Shown here: one piece after another, positions 1 through 11,200 of the stretch
How the letters are laid out: each line of letters starts with the position of its first letter
Position numbering within the stretch: position 1 is the stretch's first letter
NCBI GenBank assembly: GCA_964036045.1
Contig: OZ038379.1
Coordinates: forward strand, 4,464,001 to 4,528,000
Length of the DNA: 64,000 bases
Origin: Eutreptiella sp. 'Long Island Sound 2002'
Lineage: Eukaryota > Protista > Euglenida
Direction of reading: 5' to 3'
Notes under the pieces: model-generated
The model's input: the letters and a program-made list of their open reading frames with translations, nothing else
The model's database searches: none
What the model was told of the DNA's origin: nothing
Position numbers and translations under genes: made by a program

Positions 1-98
1 CTTTGGGACTAGCTGGTAGAGTGAGTGAGCTTTCAATTGAACAAAAAAAGGATATGTGTGTGGCTTTCCGCATTTTGCATGATGTCTTGTATAAAGGG

Positions 99-256
99 AA
101 GGTAGCTTGCATTTGTCTTGAGCTAGGGTAGTTTGAGTGACTTAAATTTAGGGGCATTTGGGTAGCTAGGGTGGCCTAATTTTGAGGGTGTTTGGAAGGG
201 GTCGGTATGTGGGTTCTTCATAGGGGAATCTAGTCTAAAAGTAGCGCGCAGTGCAA
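99..256. repeat. Dispersed repeat; diverged copy at 18970-19090
   Basis: Shared blocks aaggtag(c/t)ttgca...agctaggg(t/c)agtttg and tagtctaaaagtagcgcgcagtgc at both places. Confidence 0.7.
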
Positions 257-568
257 GGGTTCCCCCTTTGGCCCAGTTTGGTCCAAAACTAGGCAAGGTG
301 TGTGTGCCTAGATGCTGCCATACATAATTGGCTGTTTAGGCGAATGCCCTCATCAATAACCTTGAAGAGCATTGTTGCATCAAGCACGGCTGCAAACGCC
401 GTGCATCCTAGTTCTTTGGGAGCTGTTCACTTAGCATACTCCAATGTATGACATTGAACGTTTAACCCTTTGTACAATCATGATTTTGGGACAAGAAATA
501 TCCGCCAGTGATTTTTTTTAACCCCCCCCCCCCTGCCCCCAACCTAGTTGGCCCTAGGGGGGGTGGGG

Positions 569-1099
569 CTATCTTGGGTACCCTGATAGAGAAGTGGAAC
601 CCTGCCATTGGTTAGGGGTCCACGTACAAGAAAAATGATGAAAGGGATCTGGGTCGAGGGGGGTGTACTTGCACCACGGTGCGGTCTTGTCCACTCTCTT
701 GATCTTGACGTTGCCAATGGGGTATTCCGCGGGTGATATGTCCCCTGGTTCCCTGATGACACCTTTCTGCATAACCGCGCTCAGGTTCCACCCCTTGGCG
801 CTCAACAAACGCTCCAGGGTACCGGACATGAAGATCTTGCTAATGGATGCAATGATCAACCCCAGTGTTTCATCTACCCAATACCGGGGATCTCTGGGTA
901 TTTCGGTCCCAAGAATTCCATGAAGTCTATTCCACGCGCCCCTGTGAAACGCCTGGCGTCTATCCCGTGCCAACTCTGTGAGACTACGCGGTTCATCGGC
1001 AAAGCGTTTGCCATCCCTACCCATTATTCGTAGTGCTGGCTCGGTTTTGTGACATTCCAGCAGTTGGTTGATTTGCGAGCACATGTTTTTAAATCGCAA
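569..1099 (-). CDS. Hypothetical 176-aa ORF, possibly a mobile-element fragment
   Basis: Open frame with protein-like composition; no motif recognised. Confidence 0.25.
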   Translation of the reverse strand: MRFKNMCSQINQLLECHKTEPALRIMGRDGKRFADEPRSLTELARDRRQAFHRGAWNRLHGILGTEIPRDPRYWVDETLGLIIASISKIFMSGTLERLLSAKGWNLSAVMQKGVIREPGDISPAEYPIGNVKIKRVDKTAPWCKYTPLDPDPFHHFSCTWTPNQWQGSTSLSGYPR

Positions 1100-1610
1100 A
1101 TCTACCCGGTATGGGCCGACAAGTGCGTTATGATGTGCGATACACCACAGCCCACGGTTTTTATTGGTGCGGTTCCACGCGAGTCGCTTGTGGTTGTGGG
1201 ATGGGGCGACTTAATTCCTTGTGCCACCACTGACACAACCACGGATGCGAGTCGCACGGGTGCGTCGAAGTGGTTCCGTGTATAACGTGCGAGGAACAGG
1301 TGCGAGGGTGTCGGTTGCACACGAAGTCATCGCGCACCATGCGCCGCGTTACCCTGGGCATCTTTTCCCTTTTTTTATTTGTTGTGACTGTGCATGATTA
1401 AGCACGCCGGCCGCCGTCGCCCCTGTTCCCTTTTTATGCAATCGAAATACTCGGTGTCCTTTGCTTATTATGCTGCTTTTGTTCCTTTTCCCTTGTTTTT
1501 TTTATTTGGGAACCTTTCCATTTATTTCTTTTCCTTCTTGGACAGGCGGGTAGCAAGGAGGGGGTTCTTCTACTCGTATGCCTTTTTCAGTTGTAACACC
1601 ATTATGTTTC

Positions 1611-2246
1611 TCATTGTTTGCATATTGTCCTCGCATTCAAACTCGAGGTGGACACGCAGTCCGATAACCGCGCTGCTGCCACCGTTTCCGACAGTACCCC
1701 CTGCCACTGCTCCTGCATATCCTCGCTTTCGAACACATCCAGGTCGTCCACCTTGCATGTTGTGGTTACCTTTACCTGGGTTTCCTCGTCCGAGTCGAAC
1801 CGCAGACTGTCCACGAAGGCTGTCACCATTTTTTTGTACACGTCTCTTTGGGACATCCCATTCGCAACCAGGTTATTCCCATTGATCAACCACCCGTTGT
1901 GTGTAAGGACGACCGGCATGATGTTCTGAGGGGTGAGTGTCAGTGTCAGTCTGGGTGTGGTAAGCAAGGGTCTGCCGGCAGCGTGCATCACTAAAAAGGG
2001 TAGATCTACAACCGGCGGCTGGTGGGGTTCAACGCTATACTGGTACCACGTACGCAACGCTTCCGCGTATCGCAACAGCCACTCGTGCAGACACGTAACC
2101 AAGCGCGGCAGGACGACGTTCCTGCACAAACTCTCGCATGTAGGGGGGATCCTCTTGGATGTGCAGATACCCGGGGTGCCTTTGTCCGCCAGCCAACGGG
2201 GATGGTCCCGGGACGCAATACGCATCAACTCAGCGCCCCAGTGCAA
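1611..2246 (-). CDS. Hypothetical 211-aa ORF (copy A)
   Basis: Open in both copies (B: 21803-22438). The copies differ at 4 amino acids and about 1 synonymous site, so there is no sign of purifying selection. No domain recognised. Confidence 0.35.
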   Translation of the reverse strand: MHWGAELMRIASRDHPRWLADKGTPGICTSKRIPPTCESLCRNVVLPRLVTCLHEWLLRYAEALRTWYQYSVEPHQPPVVDLPFLVMHAAGRPLLTTPRLTLTLTPQNIMPVVLTHNGWLINGNNLVANGMSQRDVYKKMVTAFVDSLRFDSDEETQVKVTTTCKVDDLDVFESEDMQEQWQGVLSETVAAARLSDCVSTSSLNARTICKQ

Positions 2247-3105
2247 ACATTGCAGGTGATAATGGTTGAAGGATGAAAGGTATGCATGTGTCTACCCAAA
2301 CATATATGCCCTCTCCCTCACTTCTCGGGTTTTGACATGTACAACAGCAAAGGTCTGTAGGTCTAAACAAGCAGTCAACATTCAGATTAGTCGTATCGAT
2401 TCTTTTGGCCGGATCCGGCCAATGTCTCATTCTCTTGTTCGGTACATGACCACAGAAAGAAAGTTGTGTTTTCTTACGTCGGTTTATTCACGGGTGTGAT
2501 TCACGGCTATTCTAGTCACGTCGCTCCACCATATACCTCCAGTCGCATCTTGAAAAATATATCCGTATGATGTGCTATTCAGATATCTCGCAGTATTGGA
2601 CTTGTAACATCACTCGGAACAAAACACCCCAGTCAAATCACGACACATATGTTTGGCCGGATCCGGCAAAAGCGTTCTATGTTCGTTTTTGAGATTTCCC
2701 CCCCAAGGGTCTCATACATGGTCATTTCTGAAAAACACTGATCCTCCAAATTATTGGGAAAACCTCCAGTATTCAATGAAGAGCTCATTTACGTCAAATA
2801 TTTTCTAAAAAATTTTCCGGCGAAAAATCCGGCGAAACGCAAAACGGACCGTCGAACACTGATATGGCACCTTTTGTGGCTAGCTGTACGCATTGACGTC
2901 CCCAAGACATTGGGGTATGTACCTTTAGAGATGAACCCTGCAGACCCCATATCCAGATGGCCTAATTTTGTGGGAGCCAAAGATATAATTGTGCAAGCAC
3001 GTGCCAGACTGGCCTTGTATGAGGCCCTTGCGCGTCGTGATTCCTGGGCACGGTGGGTGGTAGGGATAAAGCTATGTCTTACCCGTCATGATTTTCTTTT
3101 CCATG

Positions 3106-3946
3106 CAGTGTGTTTACATGAATCATTGTTCTGTGTCTTCGAGGGGCTTACGGGTCGGACGGGGCACAGCCAGACGGCAAGCTAAGCAAAACTAAAGGTT
3201 AGCAAGAAACTTTAGTTTTGCCTCGGTGGGGGAGGGGTGGGGCTGGGGGGTACACACAGTACAGACAAACCACGTCTCCCTGTGTTCTGATAGTTTGATG
3301 ATTTCTATTGCTGCTGCCCAGGGGGACGGCAGATCTACGGGAAGGCACGCCATGAGGGTTACGCATATCTCCCCCCTTTTTTCGGTAGTTGGGTTTTTAC
3401 GCCATTTGAAGCATGATGTTTTTGCCACATGGTTGTACATGGTGACTCCAATTCCTACCAAGCCGAACTTCCTACCAAGATAGCCAGACTGCAACCAAGA
3501 TGACCTAAATTCCTACCAAAATGGCCCCATGATGGAGAGATAAGAATTTGCATGGGCATGACCTTAAAATGAGGAGACACTCCTGTTTGCACCCTTGCGG
3601 TCACCAACAATGACCCACACAACCAAAAACATTTCCACCACAAAGAAGTAAATAACCCCCCCCTTTTTTTGATTTTCAGAATTCTGTGCCAAACCTCATG
3701 GTGTCACACTTCGCGGGTTTGCCCCCCCCCACCCCCGCTGCTGCCGCCTTCGGTGTGACATATGCCCGCACTACTTCGCGCCACTCAAAAGACCATTTGG
3801 TCTGGCGCAGCCATATGTGTATGGCTACATACTGTCCGTCAGGAACTCAAGACCCATACAGTGTGCTTACATGAATCATTGTTCTGTGTCTTCGAGGGGC
3901 TTACGAGTCGGACGGACCGCACCCAGACGGCAAGCTAAGCAAAACT
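3106..3946 (+). repeat. 88-bp imperfect direct repeats (3106-3193, 3859-3946) flanking a 665-bp segment
   Basis: cagtgtg(t/c)ttacatgaatcattgttctgtgtcttcgaggggcttacg...gctaagcaaaact occurs twice; also present in copy B. Confidence 0.85.
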
Positions 3947-4492
3947 GCAATCTTTCAGAGTCGGTACCAGTAACTATCAGCCCGCCTGGAACTTTAATGT
4001 TCACTTTTACGGCCCAGTTATAATGCGCACCATCCGCCGCAAAGGACTGCACAGACACAGCCACCAGCACAGCACTGTGCAGTCCATACTCCAACGGCAA
4101 CGTCTCTGCAATATGCACTACTAATTATCCCGTCATCTAGATACCTGTCAAAGAATCTTCGGGTTGCAAAGTAGATCGCATGCAATTTCTGAAACAGAAT
4201 GTCTTTGTCTTTGTCTTTGTTTTTGTTTGTGACACGATCACAGAACCAACATATGATGCACCCTTAGTTGCTACCCTATTTGCTGAAATTCTTGGCGGCA
4301 ACTAGCGCATAGATGCTGAACACACCTCACTATGTGTACCACCTTGTCTCATGGGACAAGAGAGTGATCTGGAACGGTGAGTAGGCCTCGCCAGCTCACC
4401 TTGCGCTCAATTCAAAAGGTCTTAGATTGAGCATCTGTGTTGGAGGATGCATGCTTTCTGAGTGTGTGCTTTTTTTTGCATCCTCTCAGCCA

Positions 4493-6202
4493 ATGTGCCA
4501 GAGTATTTCCAATGGCTGCGACAAGAAGCATCACTACGAGTGTGCTCAATGTGGCAAACATTTCCTTTGCCTTGGCCACCTTTATACCCATATGCGGCTT
4601 ACAAAGCACATGAGTGTGCACTGTTTGCATTGTGGAAGGCCCATCACAACTTGGAAATCTCGGCTGCGTCATTTCGCACAAACAGGACACTGTCTTGCTA
4701 GTGGCCCATTGTTTGTTGCAGCGTCGCAGATGAAGGAGGGACCATGCAAGCCTGAGTTTTTAGAACGAGTACGCCATCTTGAAGTTTATTCAGATGACGA
4801 GAGCAGCGATGACATCGAAGGGTGGTCAACGCCACCCCAACGGCAGGACCATGAAAATGATGGTTTGATAGGTGTTCTCTTAGCCTTCAGCTATCCCTTC
4901 AGACAAACTGGCCTCAAGCATCAAACGAGCCTCAAAAGTCTTGAGCGGGCACTGAAGTCTTCATACATGTCTGGATTGAAGCGCATTATGGAGACATATG
5001 GCAGTATTGAAGGTTTCATGATGCAAAACAGTGATTTCTTTGAGGCGGCACCCAGCGGGAAATGGTGCCTCAAGCAGCCTGTAGATGATGTTCTTCAGAC
5101 GTTGGTGATGCTGCCCTCGGTGCCACACACGTTGAGCAGTTCTCGGGACGCTCCATACAGCAAAGCGGTCGCTGAACAGCTTGCGATGGAGCACTCCGGA
5201 ACCGACAATCACTCTGAGCATGCAAACAGTGGGGCTTCTGCTGCGGCAGGTACAGTTTCATCCCAACCTTCGCCGGAGCCGTATGATATTTCGGATTTCG
5301 GATACTCAAGTGAATCTGATGAAGGATACTCAGGAACTACTCTTAACGGGTCGCGCAGCAATAATGAAGGCCCTCTGCAGCTGTTCTGCGACCCACTTTC
5401 AGCACTTTGTCGTGGAAAAGCTCCTTCTGCAAGCTGTGCACCAGTCCAGAAGGAGCAGCTGCACATGCAGTTGGAGCAAGGCTGTCCTCCACCACTGAGC
5501 CCACGTGTAAATGGCAGCCAGAACCCCATGATTGGCATGGGCAAATTGGGCACCAAGTGCAGTATGCCTCTGCGTCCCAACGCTGGCCAGCCCCTGCGTT
5601 TGCATGGCGAATATCAGCAACAGGCACTGCGTGTTCCTGAGCCAGGATCTGCGGTTTCAGCTGTGCCAAATACTGGCAAGAACGGTGACAGCCATGTTGT
5701 GCAGGCTGGCAGTGCACCAATAGCGCTTCATCAGATGGTCAACGCAATCCCCACCACAGATCAGAAGCCAGTAGTGGCCCTCAATTTTCAGATGCGGTCA
5801 ACTGACTTCAGCAGGGCCGTGCCGGACGTGGGGGCGGCGCATGAGTGCGAGGTCCAGCAGCTGACGGAGGTGTTGTGGGTGTCAGAAGCAGAAGGGCAGC
5901 AGCAGCAGCAGGGGGTCAACCGCTTGCGGGAGTCCGTGCAGCGGCTCAAGAAGCGGGGCTGGCAACGGCCGATCCAACGCGTTCAAACCTGCAGCGATGG
6001 TCCAACTGGTTTGAAATCTGCTTCTCAGACCCCCGCTGCCCCTGCAACAATACTTGCTGGTGAAAATCCTGAGGAACGACGTAGTACAGCTCCCCAGGGT
6101 GTGGTCTGGGCTGAGATGCCTTGGTACAATCCATACAGTTTGCCCACTCCCTCACCTTTGGAGCGATTGTCATGCACTGGCCACAACTTGTGGCTCAAAT
6201 AG
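4493..6202 (+). CDS. C2H2 zinc-finger protein: 2 N-terminal fingers, possible winged-helix/LOTUS-like region, low-complexity tail (copy A)
   Basis: CAQCGKHFLCLGHLYTHMRLTKH and CLHCGRPITTWKSRLRHFAQTGH at about 4541-4690. ATG 4493 follows a T-tract and CAG (AG 4488-4489). The upstream T-run length differs in copy B, which favours 4493 as the start. Confidence 0.65.
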   Translation: MCQSISNGCDKKHHYECAQCGKHFLCLGHLYTHMRLTKHMSVHCLHCGRPITTWKSRLRHFAQTGHCLASGPLFVAASQMKEGPCKPEFLERVRHLEVYSDDESSDDIEGWSTPPQRQDHENDGLIGVLLAFSYPFRQTGLKHQTSLKSLERALKSSYMSGLKRIMETYGSIEGFMMQNSDFFEAAPSGKWCLKQPVDDVLQTLVMLPSVPHTLSSSRDAPYSKAVAEQLAMEHSGTDNHSEHANSGASAAAGTVSSQPSPEPYDISDFGYSSESDEGYSGTTLNGSRSNNEGPLQLFCDPLSALCRGKAPSASCAPVQKEQLHMQLEQGCPPPLSPRVNGSQNPMIGMGKLGTKCSMPLRPNAGQPLRLHGEYQQQALRVPEPGSAVSAVPNTGKNGDSHVVQAGSAPIALHQMVNAIPTTDQKPVVALNFQMRSTDFSRAVPDVGAAHECEVQQLTEVLWVSEAEGQQQQQGVNRLRESVQRLKKRGWQRPIQRVQTCSDGPTGLKSASQTPAAPATILAGENPEERRSTAPQGVVWAEMPWYNPYSLPTPSPLERLSCTGHNLWLK

Positions 6203-6343
6203 TGCTGGATGACAGTCCGCATGAAGACAGTCAGCAGTCATCAGTGAGACACACACAACGACCTCACCTGTCTCTTTCCTCAATGCATCCTGATGTAGGG
6301 CGATGCGTGGTGTGCATGGCGTCACCACGTGTGCGTACCCCTC

Positions 6344-6940
6344 TAGATAGCATTCGGAATGCAGCTCTGTCTGTCCGGCATTAAGGCCCTCAACGTACCC
6401 CATGAAACCCGAAATGGTATTTTTGTAGGCTCATTTGTGGGCTTGATCAGTTGGTATGACAAGCTGTGACCCTGTTTCTGTGAGGCTACCGGTGCCACAT
6501 TGTCCAAGCTTGCCTGGGGCCCAAAATTAACAAAAAATGTCCACTTTTCCGATAGATAGCATTCGGAATGCAGCTCTGTGTTTCCGGCCTTGGGGCCATC
6601 AACTTACCCCATGAAACCCGAAATGGCATTTTTGTAGGGTCATTTGTGGGCTTGATCAGTTGGTATGGCAAGCTGTGACCCTGTTTCTGTGAGGCTACCG
6701 TGCATGGGGCACAAAATTAACAAAAAATGTCCACTTTTCCGATAGATAGCATTCGGAATGCAGCTCTGTGTTTCCGGCATTGGGGCCCTCAACTTACCCC
6801 ATGAAACCCCAAATGGTAGTTTTGTAGGGTCATTTGTGGGCTCGATCAGTTGGAATGGCAAGCTATGACCCTGTTTCTGTGAGGCTACCGGTGCCACCTT
6901 GTCCAAGCTTGCATGGGGCACAAAATAGACAAAAAATGCT
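6344..6940 (+). repeat. Tandem repeat, 3 units of about 190-210 bp (copy B 26521-27117)
   Basis: tagatagcattcggaatgcagctctg starts at 6344, 6553 and 6743. Confidence 0.9.
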
Positions 6941-7125
6941 CATGTGAGGCACTGCCACTTGTATCCCTTGTACTTTGGTAGGCCTCTTTGAAGGCCATGT
7001 GAAAAGGTGTGTGTAGCACTTTGTGGGTGCCGCTCTTTTGGGCAACCGGTCATTAGTTAATTTCCTTGTGTTAGTCTTTTAGGCAAGCCAAGGCTTTGCG
7101 AATGGCCAAGCCTTTAGGAGTTACT

Positions 7126-7225
7126 CGCCTGCCCCGCGTCGCCCGCCTGCCCCATGTCGCCCACCTGCCCCGTGTCACCCAACTCCCCGGCGTCACCGGC
7201 CTGCCCGTGTCGCCCGGCCTGCCGG
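7126..7225 (+). repeat. Degenerate ~18-bp minisatellite (copy B 27303-27402)
   Basis: Repeated cgcctgccccg(c/t)gtcgcc-like units. Confidence 0.8.
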
Positions 7226-8240
7226 CTGACACCATGTTCTGGGGTTATATGCAAAAGGGACTGATCGGGCTCATTGCAGAGTGCTCTGTCTGACATACAA
7301 GGTTTGTTGAATGAGCCCATATGCGGAGGGATGTATTTTCCCTTTTGGTCAACTGCGATGTCCTGCGATGACACAGTGAGGCACAGCCACATACCAAGCA
7401 AGCAATGCCATAGCGCTGCGTTGCAACTGTATGGATGGGCTGTGAGCTGCTCAAGCACGGCTGTGCGGCATATTCCTCCACTGTGACCCAGGCCTAAGTC
7501 GCTACATGACAGTCATATATGTTTCTGGGGCCGGCTTGCCTCAACAATGCTATCAGCAGCCAGCATATTACAGAGAGCCTGGAAAGGCTCACCAAGCAGT
7601 TGTTCAAGATTTGTAAGCAGTGTGCCTTATGTTTTCGGCACAGTGGTCTCCAGGTGAAGTCACTGCAACACACTGGCCCAGTCCATGGCAGACGGCGACC
7701 CTCTCCACCTCAGTGTGGACCTAATTCTTCAATACTGCTTTCTCTGTGCATAGCACACCTCTGTTTTTACTCAGCCTTCGAGTTTGTCTTGTGCTCCAGT
7801 AGCACACTGGAATGCCTTTGGGAGCAGTAGTTCCCACTGCATTTCCTGGTATCAGATACAGCTGATCATTCCTACGTGTGATGTCCGCTACCGCACCGTG
7901 TTGTGGGACCATCGTAGTACCGGACAGCTCTGATCCTTGATTCTGAGAGATTTTGCGGGTGCCTTCCGATGAGCAACCTCTGGCAGCTTATCATGGCATG
8001 AACCACCAAAAAAATGATATCTGTGTGCGATGATGAATGCCATTGCCACTGAACGCATGTGTGAGAGTATCACAGAATTGAGTGACACTTTCTTACTTTC
8101 ACGAATTGATCTTGAGAGCCACAGCACTTCGGGTGTCCTCAGGTGTATATTGCCGTTGCATCATGCCCCCCCCCCCCCCCCGCACTAACACCCCTGCTGT
8201 GGTTGAGGTGGACTATAGGACAAACGGTAAGTAGCATGCA

Positions 8241-11200
8241 GTTCTTCTGTCACACGGAGAGGCCCCTGTATCAAGAGCCTGGTGAATGGTGCTATGATGG
8301 CGTGTGCCAAGCACCAGGAGCAGGTCATTATGTTTTTCAGTTCTCTGCAGGTCTTCCTCCCAGTTTTTTTTTTTTGCGCGTGTTTTTCATAATAGCTCAG
8401 GCCCTGGAAATCCTCCATGGTTGCGGAAGTGTCTGGCACTGTTCAAGTGTCCTTGACTCCCAAAACCTTGCAGGTCTGCACTGTTGGCAATTCTGGCAGC
8501 AGGGTCTGCTGATGCCACACGAGGAAATTACGCAGTGTATGGTCTCTGGTGGATGGTCTCTGTGGTATTTCCTTTGATGTTTTCCTTTTTTCTGGAAATT
8601 TCATATATTTTCTGTGGTTTTTGCGACGGGCATCCATTTCCCGACCTATTGTAGTATGAGACTCTTGTAGTCTCGGTGTGTGGTTGGTTGCCAGACCCTC
8701 GGTGACGCCAAGTTTTCTTTGCACTCCGCCACTACTCACTCTGTGGGTACCATTTGGCCCGCTGCATCTCCATCTCTTGGGTGTGAGCAGCTCTCAGATT
8801 TGCACTTGCGTACTTGCAGCTTTAAAGTCTGCAAGACGCCCTGGATTGGAATATCCTGCAGGACCTGACGGAGTGGTCCCTCTGTGGCGTTCCCCCTCCC
8901 TCCCCGGATGCACACACGTCGTCTGCTGATGTGTTACGGTGTCTCTTTTTTTTTCTGAGTCTCAGAACCAGGACAGCACCTAAGTGTTCCTGAACCCTCC
9001 ACCCTGAGTCCAAAATCTTGGGGTTACGGTCATCTGTCACCGGTTGTTGAATCTCTGTCCTGTTACGGGTATTATTTAGTGATGTTCCTGTAAAGTCTGC
9101 AATGCATATATGCCTTCGAGAGCTGCTGGCTTGCACCTAATGTACTGACGTAAGTAGATATCTATGATGGACGTCTCTAACTCTCAGCTGAGAGGAGCAT
9201 TTGCCTGTGCTGGTAAACGGTATCGTTCATCCTCCAGTCGCACTGCAACTGCTGGTGGTCAATTCTCTCATGTTTTGGGTATTATTTGTGTTGTGGCTTT
9301 CAAAGTCTGCAATGCACATGTGCCTTCGAGAGCTGCTGGCTTGCACCTAATGTACTGACGTCAGTACACATCTATGATGGATGTCTGTACCTCCCAGCTG
9401 AGAGGACCATCTGCCTGTGCTTGTGAAAGGTATTATTTATGCTGCGGTTGTAGCACAGAGGCTGATTGTCGATTTTCTCATGTTCTGGGTATTATTTGTG
9501 TTGTAGCTTTGAAGTGTGCAATGCACATACACCTTCGAGAGCTGCTGGCTTGCACCTAATGTACTGACGTAAGTAGATATCTATGGTGGACGTCTCTAAC
9601 TCTCAGCTGAGAGGAGCATCTGCCTGTGCTGGTCAATGATTACCTGTTCCGATGATTGTTGTGTTGTGGAGTCTCCGCACCATAGTCCCAAGGCGAATTT
9701 CCTGTAGCACTGTGTTCTTCTGTCACACGGAGAAGCCCCTGTATCAAGAGCCTGGTGAATGGTGCTATGATGGCGTGTGCCAAGCACCAGGAGCAGGTCA
9801 TTATGTTTTTCAGTTCTCTGCAGGTCTTCCTCCCAGTTTTTTTTTTTTTTGCGCGTGTTTTTCATAATAGCTCAGGCCCTGGAAATCCTCCATGGTTGCG
9901 GAAGTGTCTGGCACTGTTCAAGTGTCCTTGACTCCCAAAACCTTGCGGGTCTGTACTGTTGGCAATTCTGGCAGCAGGGTCTGCTGATGCCACACGAGGA
10001 AATTACGCAGTGTATGGTCTCTGGTGGGTGGTCTCTGTGCTATTTGCTTTGATGTTTTCCTTTTTTCTGGAAATTTCATATATTTTCTGTGGTTTTTGCG
10101 ACGGGCATCCATCTCCCGACCTATTGTAGTATGAGACTCTTGTAGTCTCGGTGTGTGGTTGGTTGCCAGACCCTCGGTGACGCCAATTTTTCTTTGCACT
10201 CCGCCACTACTCACTCTGTGGGTACCATTTGGCCCGCTGCATCTCCATCTCTTGGGTGTGAGCAGCTCTCAGATTTGCACTTGCGTACTTGCAGCTTTAA
10301 AGTCTGCAAGACGCCCTGGATTGGAATATCCTGCAGGACCTGACGGAGTGGTCCCTCTGTGGCGTTCCCCCTCCCTCCCCGGATGCACACACGTCGTCTG
10401 CTGATGTGTTACGGTGTCTCTTTTTTTTTCTGAGTCTCAGAACCAGGACAGCACCTAAGTGTTCCTGAACCCTCCACCCTGAGTCCAAAATCTTGGGGTT
10501 ACGGTCATCTGTCACCGGTTGTTGAATCTCTGTCCTGTTACGGGTATTATTTAGTGATGTTCCTGTAAAGTCTGCAATGCATATATGCCTTCGAGAGCTG
10601 CTGGCTTGCACCTAATGTACTGACGTAAGTAGATATCTATGATGGACGTCTCTAACTCTCAGCTGAGAGGAGCATTTGCCTGTGCTGGTAAACGGTATCG
10701 TTCATCCCGCAGTCGCACTGCAACTGCTGGTGGTCAATTCTCTCATGTTTTGGGTATTATTTGTGTTGTGGCTTTCAAAGTCTGCAATGCACATGTGCCT
10801 TCGAGAGCTGCTGGCTTGCACCTAATGTACTGACGTCAGTACACATCTATGATGGATGTCTGTACCTCCCAGCTGAGAGGACCATCTGCCTGTGCTTGTG
10901 AAAGGTATTATTTATGCTGCGGTTGTAGCACAGAGGCTGATTGTCGATTTTCTCATGTTCTGGGTATTATTTGTGTTGTAGCTTTGAAGTGTGCAATGCA
11001 CATACACCTTCGAGAGCTGCTGGCTTGCACCTAATGTACTGACGTAAGTAGATATCTATGGTGGACGTCTCTAGCTCTCAGATGAGAGGAGCATCTGCCT
11101 GTGCTGGTAAATGATTACCTGTTCCGATGATTGTTGTGTTGTGGAGTCTCCGCACCATAGCCCCAAGGCGAATTTCCTGTAGCACTGTGTTCTTCTGTCA

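Noticed and set aside
4351-4489. GT-AG intron 4377-4489 joining ATG 4351 to the C2H2 ORF
   Set aside because: Splicing puts the exon in the wrong frame for the zinc fingers; at most a 5' UTR intron.
9079-9148. Box C/D snoRNA (GTGATGT...CTGA), or SL RNA/5S/U snRNA, in the array
   Set aside because: The C-like box is absent from the other two cores, rRNA complementarity is only ~7 nt, and I found no match to 5S, SL or U1/U2/U6 hallmarks I can recall. An Infernal search is needed to exclude this fully.
9068-9700. CRISPR-like repeat-spacer reading of the 210-bp cores
   Set aside because: Repeats are ~150 bp, only 2-3 linker types are recycled in every unit, there are no cas genes, and the context is eukaryotic.
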